The notes under the pieces were generated by a model. That model had not been told where the DNA came from. It saw nothing but the letters and a program-made list of their open reading frames with translations, and made no database searches. A program made the translations under genes and the position numbers. DNA of 64,000 bases, taken from assembly GCF_009914755.1 (NCBI RefSeq), contig NC_060925.1. One strand, written 5' to 3'. This document shows, in pieces, positions 63,701-64,000 of this stretch; within the stretch, counting starts at the first letter, position 1, and every line of letters begins with the position of its first letter. Source of the DNA: the human T2T-CHM13v2.0 reference genome, Homo sapiens.

Positions 63701-64000
63701 ATAAAGACTAGACAGAATGATTCTCATAAACTCCTTTGTGATGTGTGCGTTCAACTCACAGAGTTTAACTTTTCTTTTCATAGAGCAGTTAGGAAACACT
63801 CTGTTTGTAAAGTCTGCAAGTGGATATTCAGACCTCTTTGAGGCCTTCGTTGGAAACGGGATTTCTTCATATTCTGCTAGACAGAAGAATTCTCAGTAAC
63901 TTCCTTGTGTTGTGTGTATTCAACTCACAGAGTTGAACGATCCTTTACACAGAGCAGACTTGAAACACTCTTTTTGTGGAATTTGCAAGTGGAGATTTCA

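Larger units (their letters stand above)
283..63861 (+). promoter_or_regulatory. CENP-B boxes (CTTCGTTGGAAACGGGA), one per 340-bp dimer, ~188 positions; first 283-299, last 63845-63861
   Basis: Exact match to the 17-bp CENP-B box in each 169-bp monomer. Most B-type dimers carry CTTCGTTGGAAACGGGT, which keeps the nTTCGnnnnAnnCGGGn core. Seven copies have core substitutions (see findings). Confidence 0.97.
53030..63900 (+). repeat. Tandem 28-monomer super-HOR (12-mer + 16-mer; 4759 bp period), ~2.3 copies
   Basis: Homologous ORF starts 53039->57798 and 55078->59837 are 4759 apart; 57798->62553 is 4755 because of a 4-bp deletion at ~61087. Shared rare SNV cttcCtattc at 57411 and 62166. Confidence 0.85.
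1..64000 (+). repeat. Alpha-satellite higher-order-repeat array, SF1 (J1/J2 dimeric), most consistent with the chr1/5/19 live array S1C1/5/19H1L (D1Z7/D5Z2/D19Z3)
   Basis: Continuous 340-bp periodicity (ccttgtgttg at 1, 341, 681, 1021...). Monomer phase marker ctcag at 161, 330, 501 gives 169+171 bp. CENP-B box in alternate monomers and EcoRI GAATTC about once per dimer (325, 665...), i.e. the classical 340-bp EcoRI dimer. Alpha-satellite/SF1 call is very secure; the specific 1/5/19 assignment is from recognition of the organisation, not a database search. Confidence 0.97.

Noticed and set aside
283-63861. CRISPR-like regular repeat (conserved 17-mer every 340 bp)
   Set aside because: The intervening sequences are themselves near-identical satellite, not unique spacers, and there are no cas genes. 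The motif is the CENP-B box.
43-63899. Hundreds of 60-104 aa ORFs on both strands
   Set aside because: They recur at 340-bp periodicity, overlap on opposite strands, mostly use non-ATG starts and are broken or frameshifted freely by satellite SNVs. They are not genes and were used only as dimer-type markers.
1-64000. Embedded L1/Alu insertion, inversion or non-satellite island
   Set aside because: The 340-bp phase and strand orientation are maintained end to end with only 1-4 bp indels. No poly-A tail, target-site duplication or foreign sequence was seen.
1-64000. Assignment to one chromosome, or to the active kinetochore (CDR) site
   Set aside because: Chromosomes 1, 5 and 19 share this HOR family, so assignment needs alignment to references. 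Kinetochore position needs methylation or CENP-A data.

Overview
The whole 64 kb window is one uninterrupted, single-orientation array of primate (almost certainly human) centromeric alpha-satellite of suprachromosomal family 1 (SF1). It holds about 188 copies of a 340-bp dimer (169 + 171 bp monomers), each with one CENP-B box position and usually one EcoRI site. The organisation is a distinctive 4-monomer block followed by a variable number of near-identical dimers, which fits the live array shared by chromosomes 1/5/19 (D1Z7/D5Z2/D19Z3, S1C1/5/19H1L); I cannot tell which chromosome. There are no genes, RNA genes, transposons or CRISPR arrays, and all ORFs are translations of the satellite. 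I labelled dimer variants by eye: A = caatagtag/ttagtaaac/cccctttg; B = gaactttcattt/ctttggggcc/cacgtgg; C = gttcccttag/cccacaaactgcg/ctgacatcttgtgg, 339 bp; D = ggaaactatcttc, 341 bp; E = gaaggatcc/tgtcgaat; F = aaaagtaaat; G = otherwise generic dimer with ctcataaact or agagccgtt; H = aaacattctt/cagaacgatt. The left ~26 kb is irregular and more divergent, and holds six of the seven broken CENP-B boxes I found. The right part is homogeneous and resolves into an alternating 12-mer + 16-mer (28-monomer, ~4.76 kb) super-repeat. I found no new gene system. The points of interest concern array evolution, come from manual reading, and need alignment to confirm.
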